Origin: Gemmatimonadota bacterium
GTDB taxonomy: Bacteria > Gemmatimonadota > Gemmatimonadetes > Palauibacterales > Palauibacteraceae
Assembly (NCBI GenBank): GCA_039588275.1
Contig: JBDHAC010000002.1
Span: forward strand, 32,001 to 96,000
Reading direction: 5' to 3'
Length of the DNA stretch: 64,000 nt
The notes under the pieces: generated by a model
Databases searched by the model: none
Told to the model about the DNA's origin: nothing
What the model saw: only the letters and a program-made list of their open reading frames with translations
Program-made: the position numbers and the translations under genes
In this document: positions 47,842 to 57,539 of the stretch, piece by piece
Layout of the letters: each line of letters opens with the position of its first letter
Numbering within the stretch: the first letter of the stretch is position 1

Positions 47842-49670
47842 TCGGGCTGATCCTCCTTGTCCAGCAGGTACGGCCCCATGACCAGGTAGTCCATGTTGGT
47901 TCGCATGAAGCACGTGTAGGCGTGTTCCGGCGTGCAGACGATCGGCTCGCCGCGGACATTGAACGAGGTGTTCACCACCACGCCACACCCCGTTCGTTTC
48001 TCGAATTCCTCGATCAGCTCGTAATAGTCCGGATTGTCCACGCGGTTGACCGTCTGTACGCGGGCCGTGTAGTTGACGTGAGTCACGGCCGGGATGTCGG
48101 AGCGGGGCACGTTCAACTTCTCGATCCCGAACAGGCCCTGCTGCTCCTCCGTGAGCGCGATCCGCCGGTCCTCCCTTACAGGAGCCACCAGGAGCATGTA
48201 GGGGGACTCACGGTCCAACTCAAAGTAATCGCTCACCCGCTCGGCCAGCACGGTCGGAGCGAACGGCCGGAAGCTCTCGCGGAACTTGATCTTGAGGTTC
48301 ATCTGTTCCTGCATCTTCGGGCTGCGGGGATCACCCAGGATGCTGCGCGAACCGAGCGCGCGCGGGCCGAATTCCATGCGGCCGTTGAACCAACCCAGGA
48401 CCTTTTCGCTGGCCAACAGGCGAGCGGCCTCCTCGAGTAACGGGCGGCGCTCCATGCGCGCATAGCCGGCGCCGACTGAATCCAGGTATTCCTTGATCTC
48501 CTCAGGCGTGAAGTCGGGCCCCAGGTAGGCGCCCCCCATACCGTCACGCCCGGGGGTGACCTTCCGGGGATGATCCAGGTGCCGGTGCCAGATCAGCTGA
48601 GCGACGCCCAGCGCCCCACCGGCATCGCCCGCGGCCGGTTGTATCCACACCTGCTCGAAGGGTCCTTCCCGCAGTATGCGACCGTTTCCGACGCAATTCA
48701 GCGCCACGCCCCCCGCGAGACAGAGCTGCCTCATGCCGGTCTCGCGGTGCGCGGTGCGCGCCATGCGCAGCATGATCTCCTCGCACACGTCCTGGACGGA
48801 GCGCGCGAGGTCCATCTCGCGCTGCGTGACCGGAGACTCGGGCCTTCGCGGCGGACCGCCGAACAGCTCGTCGAACGCCCCGCCCGTCATCGTCAGGCCC
48901 GTGAGGTAGTTGAAGTATTTCTGGTTGAGCCGGAAGGATCCGTCTTCCTGCAGATCGACGAGCTCTTCGAGTATCGGCCCCACGTACTTGGGCTCTCCGT
49001 ACGGTGCCAGCCCCATCACCTTGTACTCGCCCGAGTTCACCTTGAATCCGGTGTAGTAGGTGAACGCCGAGTAGAGCAGTCCCAGCGAATCGGGCCAGTG
49101 GAGCTCCCTGAGGAGCTCGACGTCGTTGTCGCGCCCCACGCCGATCGACGCGGTGGCCCACTCCCCGACGCCATCCATCGTGAGGATCGCCGCCTCCTCG
49201 AAGGGCGAGGGCAAGAAAGCACTCGCGGCATGCGACTCGTGGTGCTCGGCGTACAGGATCTGCCCGTCGTAGCCGAGCGACCGGCGAAGATGTCGCTCCA
49301 TATACAGCTTGTCCTTGATCCACAGCGGCCCGGCCATCAGGAAGGAGCGAATGCCGCGCGGCACGACGCCCAGATAGGTCTCGAGGATGCGCTCGAACTT
49401 GAGAAGCGGCTTGTCGTAGAAGCCGACGTAATCCAGCTCGTGTGCCTCGATCCCGGCCCGGGCCAGGCAATACTCCACGGCGTGAGTCGGGAAGTCGGCA
49501 TCGCCCTTCTTGCGGGTGAACCGCTCTTCCTGAGCCGCGGCCACGATCTCGCCATCGCGCATTAGACACGCCGCGCTGTCGTGATAGAACGCCGAAATGC
49601 CCAGGATGTTGGTCGAACTCACGCGTGTCTCTCGCACTCCGCTCTCATGGGTTCGGTCCTCATCGCTCAC
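47796..49670 (-). CDS. O-carbamoyltransferase (NodU/CmcH/SxtI family)
   Basis: ILGISAFYHDSAA, EERFTR.K, EHHESHAASAF, DGVGE, GEYKVMGLAPYG, EFGPRALG.RS, NTSFNVRGEP. Confidence 0.96.
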   Translation of the reverse strand: MSDEDRTHESGVRETRVSSTNILGISAFYHDSAACLMRDGEIVAAAQEERFTRKKGDADFPTHAVEYCLARAGIEAHELDYVGFYDKPLLKFERILETYLGVVPRGIRSFLMAGPLWIKDKLYMERHLRRSLGYDGQILYAEHHESHAASAFLPSPFEEAAILTMDGVGEWATASIGVGRDNDVELLRELHWPDSLGLLYSAFTYYTGFKVNSGEYKVMGLAPYGEPKYVGPILEELVDLQEDGSFRLNQKYFNYLTGLTMTGGAFDELFGGPPRRPESPVTQREMDLARSVQDVCEEIMLRMARTAHRETGMRQLCLAGGVALNCVGNGRILREGPFEQVWIQPAAGDAGGALGVAQLIWHRHLDHPRKVTPGRDGMGGAYLGPDFTPEEIKEYLDSVGAGYARMERRPLLEEAARLLASEKVLGWFNGRMEFGPRALGSRSILGDPRSPKMQEQMNLKIKFRESFRPFAPTVLAERVSDYFELDRESPYMLLVAPVREDRRIALTEEQQGLFGIEKLNVPRSDIPAVTHVNYTARVQTVNRVDNPDYYELIEEFEKRTGCGVVVNTSFNVRGEPIVCTPEHAYTCFMRTNMDYLVMGPYLLDKEDQPEWKEEVDWREVIELD

Positions 49671-49913
49671 GACACCCGGCTCCTCGAATCCCAGTTCGAT
49701 CTCCCCTAACCAGCCAGCGGGTGCACTCGAGCGGTCCTCCGCATCGCCGGTTCGAGCAAGACCCGGGCCGAACTTCCGGCGCGGATTTGCTGGGCTGCGG
49801 TGATCGGGGCGGGTCCCGCGGCCGGCCCCGGGTCACGGGTGTTGCGAAACCGCTTCACAAACTGGCGCCGCACCTTCCGGGTCAACAACTCGGGAGAAGG
49901 CTCTCCTTCACGG

Positions 49914-50744
49914 TCATGCCCTCGCGTCGCCCGCCATGGGCGGCACGGCGGGGACCCTGTCACGCCAATCCAGCCGGACCCCGAGGGCGGCCGCGAAGCC
50001 GTTTGACAGCGCGCGTACCACCTCGCTTCGTTCCACGAGCACTCCCTCCGCGTGGAGGCTCGTCATGTGCGCGCCGTGGATCCCACAGGGCACGATCCAC
50101 TCGAACGGCGAGAGCGGCTCCTCGGTCACGTTGAGCGCGACTCCGTGCCAGGTGATCCAGCGGCTCGCATGCACTCCGATGGAAGCGATCTTCCTCGCCT
50201 CGCCGCGGATGATTCGAGATGGAGCGGTGGTTGGATCGAGCTCCGGCACGTCCTCCCCGGAGGACATCGACGCCGGTGCGGCCTCACCCACCCAGAGACC
50301 GGTGTACCCCTCGATCCGGAACCCCCGCAGACCGAGGTCGGCCAGCGCCGTCGCCAGGGCCCGCTCGAGAGTTCGCAGATACCAATGCAGGTCGCGCCGG
50401 TAATGGTGCAGATCGAGGATCGGGTACGCGACCAGCTGGCCGGGCCCGTGATAGGTCACGTCGCCCCCACGCTCGATCTCGACGATCGGCACGCCCCGAG
50501 CCTCCAGCGCTTCGGGGGCGAGGATGACGTCCTCGGCCCCGGTGCCGCGACCCAACGTGATCACGGGCGGATGCTCGAGGATGAGTAGTATGTCCTCTTC
50601 GAGGCCACCGCGTTTCTTGGCCTCAGCCAACCGGCGCTGGATCGTGAGGGCCTCCGTGTACGGCACGAGGCCGGCGTCGACCACCTGAAGGCAGGCCTTC
50701 GAGCGCACGGCCTCGGCCGTGCGGCCGCTACGGGTCATGGGCAT
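49914..50744 (-). CDS. lipB: Lipoyl(octanoyl) transferase
   Basis: EHPPVITLG, RGGDVTYHGPGQLV.YP, KIASIG, HG.ALN, IVPCG. Confidence 0.95.
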   Translation of the reverse strand: MPMTRSGRTAEAVRSKACLQVVDAGLVPYTEALTIQRRLAEAKKRGGLEEDILLILEHPPVITLGRGTGAEDVILAPEALEARGVPIVEIERGGDVTYHGPGQLVAYPILDLHHYRRDLHWYLRTLERALATALADLGLRGFRIEGYTGLWVGEAAPASMSSGEDVPELDPTTAPSRIIRGEARKIASIGVHASRWITWHGVALNVTEEPLSPFEWIVPCGIHGAHMTSLHAEGVLVERSEVVRALSNGFAAALGVRLDWRDRVPAVPPMAGDARA

Positions 50745-50760
50745 CGGATCGGGCGTGTGG

Positions 50761-52170
50761 TCAAATGTCGATCGGCCGTCCCAACGCTACCAGCGCGGCT
50801 TGCATGAGGGCCTCCGCCATGCTGGGGTGAGCGTGTGGATGGGCAGCGATCTCGTCGAGCGTGGTCTCGAGCTCGCGACCCAGGCCGGCCTCGGCGATGA
50901 GCTCGCTCACGTTGTGACCGATCATTTGCACACCCAGCAGTTCCCCATACTCGGCATCCGCGACGACCTTGACGAACCCCTCGTTGGCGCCCGCCGTCAA
51001 CGCGCGACCGTGCGAGGTGAGCGGGTACTTGCCCGTCTTGACCTCGTATCCCGCCTCAACGGCCTTGGCTTCGGTGAGCCCGATCGACGCGATCTCGGGG
51101 TGGCAGTACCCGACGCTCGGGATGTTGTCGTACCGCATGGGGTGACGCGCCTGACCGGCAATGTGCTCGGCCGCTACGATCCCTTCGTGTGAGCCGACGT
51201 GGGCGAGCATCGGCTCTCCGGCCACGTCACCGATCGCGTACACGCCTTCCGCCGTGGTTTGGCACCATTCGTCGATGCGGACGAAGCCGTTCTCGAGCTC
51301 GACTCCGTTCTCCTCGAGCCCCAGATCCTCCGTGACCGGGCGTCGACCAACGGCCATCAGCACGAGATCGGTCTTTTCGATCCCCTCCGTTCCATCCGGG
51401 TTCTCGACCGTGAGGATCATCGGGCTCACGCTTCGGTCGAGCTCTTTCACCTTGCATCGGATGCGGGTGCGGATGTGGCGCTTCTTGAACGCCCGTGCGA
51501 GAGCCTTTCCGATCTCCGGATCCTCGAGCGGTACGAGGGTGTCGAGCGCCTCGATGAGCGTCACCTCGACGCCGAACGCGTTGAACACATCCGCGAACTC
51601 GACGCCCACGAACCCGGCGCCGACGATGACGAGCCGCTCCGGGAGCTCGGTCAGTGCCAGCGCTTCGCGGCTCCCGATCACTTTCTCCCGGTCGAACTCG
51701 AGTCCCGGAAAGGTCTTCATCACCGAGCCGGTCGCGATGACCACGTGAGAGGCGTCGAGCTCCTGCGAACCCTCCTCCGTCTGGATCGCGACCCGACCCT
51801 TTCCAGCCAGCCGGCCCCGGCCCTGGACGATCTCCACCTCGTTCTTCTTGAGGAGGTACTGGACGCCGCCGGTCAGCCTGTCGGCGATGCCGCGGCTGCG
51901 CTCCACGGCGGCGGCCATGTCGTATTCCACCTCGACCGGGCGGACACCCATATCGGCGCCGTGGCTCTTCACTTGGTGGGCGAGCGCGGCGCTCTCGAGC
52001 AGCGCCTTCGCCGGGATGCAGCCCCAGTTCAGGCACGTGCCCCCGAAGCCGCCTTCGTACGAGTCGCTCTCGATGCAGGCGACCCGGAGCCCGAGCTGCG
52101 CCGCCCGGATCGCGCAAACATATCCGGCCGGCCCGGCCCCGATCACGACGACGTCATAGCGTTCCGCCAT
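50761..52170 (-). CDS. lpdA: Dihydrolipoyl dehydrogenase (E3)
   Basis: GAGPAG, GGTCLNWGCIP, HAHPS..E. Confidence 0.97.
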   Translation of the reverse strand: MAERYDVVVIGAGPAGYVCAIRAAQLGLRVACIESDSYEGGFGGTCLNWGCIPAKALLESAALAHQVKSHGADMGVRPVEVEYDMAAAVERSRGIADRLTGGVQYLLKKNEVEIVQGRGRLAGKGRVAIQTEEGSQELDASHVVIATGSVMKTFPGLEFDREKVIGSREALALTELPERLVIVGAGFVGVEFADVFNAFGVEVTLIEALDTLVPLEDPEIGKALARAFKKRHIRTRIRCKVKELDRSVSPMILTVENPDGTEGIEKTDLVLMAVGRRPVTEDLGLEENGVELENGFVRIDEWCQTTAEGVYAIGDVAGEPMLAHVGSHEGIVAAEHIAGQARHPMRYDNIPSVGYCHPEIASIGLTEAKAVEAGYEVKTGKYPLTSHGRALTAGANEGFVKVVADAEYGELLGVQMIGHNVSELIAEAGLGRELETTLDEIAAHPHAHPSMAEALMQAALVALGRPIDI

Positions 52171-52270
52171 ACAGCGACCTCGCTTTACCTTTATGTAAAG
52201 TTGTTTCTGTGTAAGGGTTTTGTCGTCCTCGCCAAACGCATAGCAGGACCCGGCTCACGGCCGCCGCCGG

Positions 52271-53599
52271 TCAGAGGATCATCTCGAGCGGGTTCTCCAA
52301 CATCGCTTTGAACGTCCCCAGGAACGATGCCCCGGTCGCGCCGTCGACGACGCGGTGGTCACAGGACATCGTCACGCGCATCCGCTTTCGCACCACCACT
52401 TCGCCATCGACCACGACCGGCTTCTCGATGGTCGCCCCGACAGCCAGAATTCCAGACTCCGGCGGGTTGATGATCGCCGTGAACTGGTCAATCTCGTACA
52501 TGCCTAGGTTGCTAACCGAGAACGTCGATCCCTGATACTCCTCCGGAGCGAGATCTCGGGCACGGGCTCGCTCGATCAGCGCCCGAGCCTCGAGCGAAAT
52601 CTGACGCAAGCCCTTCCGACTCGCATCGCGGAGCACGGGCGTGATCAGGCCCCCGTCGATCGCCACCGCGATCCCCAGGTCGACGCTCCCGTGGTACACG
52701 ATCGAGTCGCCGCCCCACGACGCATTGACCTCCGGGTGACGGGACAGCGCCTCGGCGGTCGCTTTCAGCAGGAGGTCGTTCACCCCGATCTTCCCGTCCG
52801 GCCACCGCTGGTTGAGCTCGCCGCGCAGGGCGAGCGCGCGCCCCATGTCGATCTCGGTCGTGAGGAAGAAGTGCGGCACGGGACCGATCGACTCCGCCAG
52901 CCGGCGGGCGATCGCCTTCCGCATTTGGCTCGCTTCCTCGACGCGCGCGGTGAGCGCCGCGGGGGGGGCGGGGGGGGGCGCCGCCGACGGGATCGTGGCC
53001 GGAGCCGCCGCCGGTGCGATCGGGGTCGCCGGCTCGGGCGTGGCCGGAGCGCCGGCTGCCGGGGTAGGGGCAGGGGCCGGGGCACTGCCAGCCAGCGCGG
53101 CCTCGACGTCCGCCTTCACGACCCGCCCCCCTGGGCCGGAGCCGGTGATCGCTCCGAGATCGATACCGCTCTCGGCCGCGATTCGGCGGGCCACCGGGGA
53201 TGCCTTCACGCGTCCGTCCGCAGGTGGCTGAGCGACCTCGGTGGCGGCTCCACCCGCCGGCGAGGGGGTCTCCGTTCCGACAGCCACCTCTGCGGGCGCC
53301 GCGGGGGGCGCGCCGTCAGTCGCCGGCGTGGCACTCGCGAGCAGGTCGTCGATGGACTCGTCCGGTGCCGCGATGATCCCGATCAGCGCTCCGACCGGCA
53401 CGGTCTCGCCGGCCTGCACGAGGATCTTCCGCAGCACTCCCTCACCCATCGCCTCCACGTCCATGTTGGCCTTGTCCGTCTCGATCTCGGCTACGACATC
53501 GCCCTGGGAGACCGAATCGCCCTCCTGGACCTTCCACTCGAGGAGCTTGCCCTCCTCCATCGTCGGGCTGAGCTGCGCCATCACGACCTTCGTTGCCAT
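52271..53599 (-). CDS. pdhC: Pyruvate dehydrogenase E2 dihydrolipoamide acetyltransferase
   Basis: Lipoyl ETDKA, ASPVARR..GSGPGGR, DHRVVDGA. Confidence 0.95.
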   Translation of the reverse strand: MATKVVMAQLSPTMEEGKLLEWKVQEGDSVSQGDVVAEIETDKANMDVEAMGEGVLRKILVQAGETVPVGALIGIIAAPDESIDDLLASATPATDGAPPAAPAEVAVGTETPSPAGGAATEVAQPPADGRVKASPVARRIAAESGIDLGAITGSGPGGRVVKADVEAALAGSAPAPAPTPAAGAPATPEPATPIAPAAAPATIPSAAPPPAPPAALTARVEEASQMRKAIARRLAESIGPVPHFFLTTEIDMGRALALRGELNQRWPDGKIGVNDLLLKATAEALSRHPEVNASWGGDSIVYHGSVDLGIAVAIDGGLITPVLRDASRKGLRQISLEARALIERARARDLAPEEYQGSTFSVSNLGMYEIDQFTAIINPPESGILAVGATIEKPVVVDGEVVVRKRMRVTMSCDHRVVDGATGASFLGTFKAMLENPLEMIL

Positions 53600-53606
53600 C
53601 GACTCC

Positions 53607-54590
53607 TCAGTCCCTGTAACAGGCGTGCCGGACGGCTTTTACGATGTGGTCGGCGTTCGGGAACACGACCTTCTCCAGGTTGCGCGCGTACGGCATCGGA
53701 ACATCCAGGCCCGAGACGCGTGCGATCGGTGCATCGAGGTCATCGAACGCATCCCGCTGGATATCATCCACCACCTGTGCGCCGACGTTGCACATCGGCC
53801 AGCCTTCCTCGACCACGACGGCGCGATTCGTCCGGCGCACGGAAGCGACCACGGTATCGACGTCCAGCGGACGCAGGGTGCGCAGGTCGACCACTTCCGC
53901 CTCGATACCGTCCTCCCTCGCGAGCTTCTCCGCGGCGGTCAACGATTGGTGGACCATCTTCGAGTGGGCGATGATGCTGACGTCCGAGCCGGGGCGCTTG
54001 ATCTCCGCCACCCCGATCGGCGTCACGTGGTCGCCCTCCGGGACCTCGTCCTTGAGGTTGTACAGGAGCTCGCCCTCGACGAACACGATCGGATCGTTGT
54101 CCCGAATCGCGCTCTTCAGAAGCCCCTTCGCGTCCGCGGGCGTGGCGGGCGCGCACACCTTGAGTCCCGGAGCGTAGGCGTACCACGGGTCCGGCACCTG
54201 GGAATGCTGAGCCGCCAGCTGCAGCGCGGCGCCGCCCGGGCCTCGGAAGACGATCGGGACGTTGTACGCTCCACCCGACATCTGGTGCATCTTGGCGGCC
54301 GAGTTGATGACCTGATCGATCGCGAGCAGCGCGAAGTTCCACGTCATGAACTCGACGACGGGACGAAGCCCGACCATCGCCGCGCCCACGCCGAGCCCCG
54401 CGAAGCCCAGCTCGGCGATCGGCGCGTCCCGCACCCGCCATTCCCCGAAATCGTCCAACAGGCCCTTCGTGACCTTGTACGCCCCGTCGTACTCGCCGAC
54501 CTCCTCGCCGATGATGAAGACGCGATCGTCGCGTACCATCTCTTCGCGCAAGGCCTGATTCAGGGCCTCCCGGTACGTGATCACCGCCAT
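53607..54590 (-). CDS. pdhB: Pyruvate dehydrogenase E1 beta
   Basis: GEEVGEYDGAYKVT, VEFMTWNF, AAQHSQ, VPMPYA. Confidence 0.96.
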   Translation of the reverse strand: MAVITYREALNQALREEMVRDDRVFIIGEEVGEYDGAYKVTKGLLDDFGEWRVRDAPIAELGFAGLGVGAAMVGLRPVVEFMTWNFALLAIDQVINSAAKMHQMSGGAYNVPIVFRGPGGAALQLAAQHSQVPDPWYAYAPGLKVCAPATPADAKGLLKSAIRDNDPIVFVEGELLYNLKDEVPEGDHVTPIGVAEIKRPGSDVSIIAHSKMVHQSLTAAEKLAREDGIEAEVVDLRTLRPLDVDTVVASVRRTNRAVVVEEGWPMCNVGAQVVDDIQRDAFDDLDAPIARVSGLDVPMPYARNLEKVVFPNADHIVKAVRHACYRD

Positions 54591-55717
54591 CGGTCTCTCC
54601 TGGCGATGTCGTCCGGATACTCATCCGAATAGACGTGCTCGTAGATCGCCGCGGGGTCGGGGAACGGACTCTGCTCCGCGAACTCCGCCGATGCCTCCAC
54701 GATCTCGATGATCTCGCGGTCCATGGCCGTCACCTCTTCGGCGGTGATGCGGCCGGCGTCGATCATCTTGCGGCGGAAGTCGAGGATCGGGTCATCCGCC
54801 TGCCACAGCTCCAGCTCCTCCTTCGTCCGATACGTGCCGTGCGAGGGATCCGCCATCGAATGACCCATGTACCGGTAGCAGCGGGCCTCGATGTAGGTGG
54901 GCAGCTTCTCGCTCCGGGCTCGTCCGATCGCCTCTTCGGTGGCCTGGCGAACGGCGAGGACATCCATGCCGTCCACCGTGATGGCCTCCATCCCGACGTA
55001 CGAGCAGGCTCGCTCGATCAGCTCGCCCGCCGCGGCGACGCGGCGGATGTCGGTGCCCATCCCGTACGCGTTGTTCTCCAGCAGGAAGACGACCGGGAGC
55101 TGCCAGCGGGCCGCCATGTTCATCGCCTCGTGGAACGAGCCGATGTTCACGACCGAGTCACCGAAGAAGCACAGACACACCTGGTCTCCTTCGCGATACC
55201 GGATCGCGTAGCCGACCCCGACCGCGAGCGGGAGGTGGCTCCCGACGATTCCATGCCCGCCGAGGAAGTTGTTGGCCTTGTCGAACAGGTGCATCGAGCC
55301 GCCCAGCCCCCCGGACGTCCCGTCCACCCGCCCGTACAGCTCCGCCATCACGGCGTTCGGAGTCGCACCCCGTACGAGGATCTGCGCGTGGTCCCGGTAC
55401 GCGGTGATCACGTAGTCGTCGTCCCGCAGAGGCGAGATCGCGCCGACGGCTACCGCCTCCTGTCCGATATACAGGTGACAGAAGCCGCCGATCTTCCCCA
55501 TCTGATAGGCTTCGGCGGTCTTCTCTTCGAACCGGCGGGACAGGATCAGTAGCCGCAGCAGCTCGCGGCTTTCCTTCACGGACAGGCCGAGGAAGTCGGT
55601 CCCGACCTCCACGGTCTCGAGGACGGGGCGGCCGTTGCCCGTCCCCCGGCCCGGGCGCGGGTGGTCGCCCGGCTCGTCGCCGTGCATCTTGGGCTCCGCA
55701 TCGCCTTCGTGGCTCAT
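54581..55717 (-). CDS. pdhA: Pyruvate dehydrogenase E1 alpha
   Basis: GFCHLYIGQEA, YRDH, GGSMH, FGD..N, YRYMGHSMADP. Confidence 0.96.
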   Translation of the reverse strand: MSHEGDAEPKMHGDEPGDHPRPGRGTGNGRPVLETVEVGTDFLGLSVKESRELLRLLILSRRFEEKTAEAYQMGKIGGFCHLYIGQEAVAVGAISPLRDDDYVITAYRDHAQILVRGATPNAVMAELYGRVDGTSGGLGGSMHLFDKANNFLGGHGIVGSHLPLAVGVGYAIRYREGDQVCLCFFGDSVVNIGSFHEAMNMAARWQLPVVFLLENNAYGMGTDIRRVAAAGELIERACSYVGMEAITVDGMDVLAVRQATEEAIGRARSEKLPTYIEARCYRYMGHSMADPSHGTYRTKEELELWQADDPILDFRRKMIDAGRITAEEVTAMDREIIEIVEASAEFAEQSPFPDPAAIYEHVYSDEYPDDIARRDRWR

Positions 55718-55748
55718 CGTTCGCCTCCGGAGCTGTCTCGCGGGAGCG

Positions 55749-56684
55749 TCACTGGGCTGCCGCCGCCGCTTTGGCCCGGAGGTCGACCACCTGCTCGCGG
55801 GCGTGGTAGGAGCTTCTCACCAGGGGTCCGCTCTCGACGTGCAGCAGACCCTGTGCTTCACCGAGGCGCTTCCATTCCGCGAACTCCTCGGGCGACACGT
55901 AGCGCGCGATCGGTCTGTGGTCGGTAGAGGGCCGCAGGTACTGTCCCAGCGTCAAGATCTGGACGCCCGCGGCGACTGCATCGCTCATGAACTCGTCGAT
56001 GTCCTCTTTCATCTCGCCGAGACCCAGCATGATGCCCGTCTTGACCAGCAGGCCATCGTCCAGCTCGCGGGCCAGCCGGAGCACGGCAAGCGAACGATCG
56101 TAGCGGCCCCCGGGTCGTGCGGTGCGGTGGAGGCGACGGACCGTCTCCATGTTATGGTTGAAGATCTCCGGGCGGGCCTCGATCACGGCCCGAACCGCGT
56201 CTGGATCGCCCTGAAAATCGGGCGTGAGGACCTCGATCGAGCATTGGGGGGCGCGCTGGCGAATCTCGCGGATCGTCTCGGCGAAGATCCACGCGCCTCC
56301 ATCGGGCAGGTCATCGCGGTCCACCGACGTGATCACGCAATGCCGTAGCCTCAGACGCTGGACGGCTTCGGCCACGCGCCGCGGCTCGTCCTCGTCCAGC
56401 TCCGCCGGCCGACCGTGGGCGATCGCGCAATAGGGACAGTTGCGCGTGCATATTTCGCCCATGATGAGGAACGTGGCCGTCCCGGCTTCCCAGCACTCGC
56501 CGATGTTCGGACAGTGCGCTTCCTCGCAGACGGAGTTCAGCTCCAGCCCGCGCATGAGGTGCTTCAGGCGCAGGTACTGAGGCCCTCCCGGAGCACGCAC
56601 CTTCAGCCACCGCGGCTTGCGCTGCGGCCAGGCGACCCCGGCATCGTCGCGGTCCTCCCGAGGCAGTATTGTGAGATCTCTCAT
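55749..56684 (-). CDS. lipA: Lipoyl synthase
   Basis: CEEAHCPNIGEC, CTRNCPYC, RSSY. Confidence 0.97.
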   Translation of the reverse strand: MRDLTILPREDRDDAGVAWPQRKPRWLKVRAPGGPQYLRLKHLMRGLELNSVCEEAHCPNIGECWEAGTATFLIMGEICTRNCPYCAIAHGRPAELDEDEPRRVAEAVQRLRLRHCVITSVDRDDLPDGGAWIFAETIREIRQRAPQCSIEVLTPDFQGDPDAVRAVIEARPEIFNHNMETVRRLHRTARPGGRYDRSLAVLRLARELDDGLLVKTGIMLGLGEMKEDIDEFMSDAVAAGVQILTLGQYLRPSTDHRPIARYVSPEEFAEWKRLGEAQGLLHVESGPLVRSSYHAREQVVDLRAKAAAAAQ

Positions 56685-56897
56685 GGCGTCGAGGTCGACT
56701 CCATCATGTCTTCAGCGAGTTGATCGTCCGCGCCCGGGGTGGATTTCGTCCATCTCGCCCCTGCCGACGGCCCTGGCGGGATTGATACACCCCTGCCAGA
56801 ACCCGCTGAAGATATCCGAGCCTCCATGGGGTGTCCACTTTCCTCAGCGCCCTCCGTTCGCCCGTCGCACCCGCCAAAACGCCCTCCCGAGTGGAGT

Positions 56898-56926
56898 TTG
56901 CACCCCCTGAAACGCCCGCCTATCTT
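56898..56926 (+). promoter_or_regulatory. sigma70 promoter, probably leaderless, of the ferredoxin gene
   Basis: TTGCAC-N17-TATCTT, ATG 7 nt downstream, no SD. Confidence 0.6.
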
Positions 56927-56933
56927 CCGGCGC

Positions 56934-57179
56934 ATGACGTATATCATCACGCAACCGTGCATCGACGAGAAGGACGCATCGTGCGTCGACGTCTGCCCCG
57001 TTGACTGCATATACGAGGGCGAGGATCAGTTCTACATCCACCCCGAAGAGTGCATCGACTGCGGCGCCTGTGTACCGGAGTGTCCCGTGGAGGCGATCTT
57101 CCCGGATGACGAGGTGCCGGAGCAGTGGCAGGAGTATACCGCGAAGAACTACGTGTACTTCGACGTCCCACCACCCTAG
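56934..57179 (+). CDS. fdxA: 7Fe ([3Fe-4S]/[4Fe-4S]) ferredoxin
   Basis: [23 protein letters not shown]...[12 protein letters not shown]. Confidence 0.93.
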   Translation: MTYIITQPCIDEKDASCVDVCPVDCIYEGEDQFYIHPEECIDCGACVPECPVEAIFPDDEVPEQWQEYTAKNYVYFDVPPP

Positions 57180-57275
57180 CTGGCGGCGTGCGCCGGCGCC
57201 GGGTCGGATCCGGCCTGGGTCCAGACCCTCCTCTCATCCGACATTGACGGCGCGGCGGCGATCGACGGTAGGATC

Positions 57276-57539
57276 GTGACCAATCGTGTGCTCGAGATCG
57301 ACGGCCTCAAGTGGACCGTGGTCGCTTTGCCTCAGGAGGCGAAGCACAGCGGGGCAGATCGATGGCATCTGTCGCGTGTTCGGTTCGAACCGCTCGGCCA
57401 TTTGGAGTTCGCCCCCCGCGAGGCGTGGCTGCGCCACGAGGAGGACGTGCCGGCGCGAGACGTACTCGACCAGTACGGCGACGAGCAGCTGAGGGAGGCG
57501 TTTCTCGTCGCCGAGGAGATAAACGGAGAACCGCAGTGA
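57276..57539 (+). CDS. Hypothetical protein
   Basis: Coding-like composition, GTGA-coupled to the next gene; start may be 57288. Confidence 0.7.
   Translation: MTNRVLEIDGLKWTVVALPQEAKHSGADRWHLSRVRFEPLGHLEFAPREAWLRHEEDVPARDVLDQYGDEQLREAFLVAEEINGEPQ

Noticed and set aside
47257..49670. Saxitoxin biosynthesis
   Set aside because: No sxtA, sxtG or other core genes in the window; the I/J/K triad alone is not diagnostic
52180..52225. AT-rich patch between pdhC and lpdA, considered as a dif or att site
   Set aside because: Does not match the XerC/XerD dif consensus; more simply an internal promoter or regulatory spacer
52961..52978. G8-C-G9 homopolymer tracts in pdhC as a phase-variation switch
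   Set aside because: Encodes the Pro/Ala linker of an in-frame housekeeping E2
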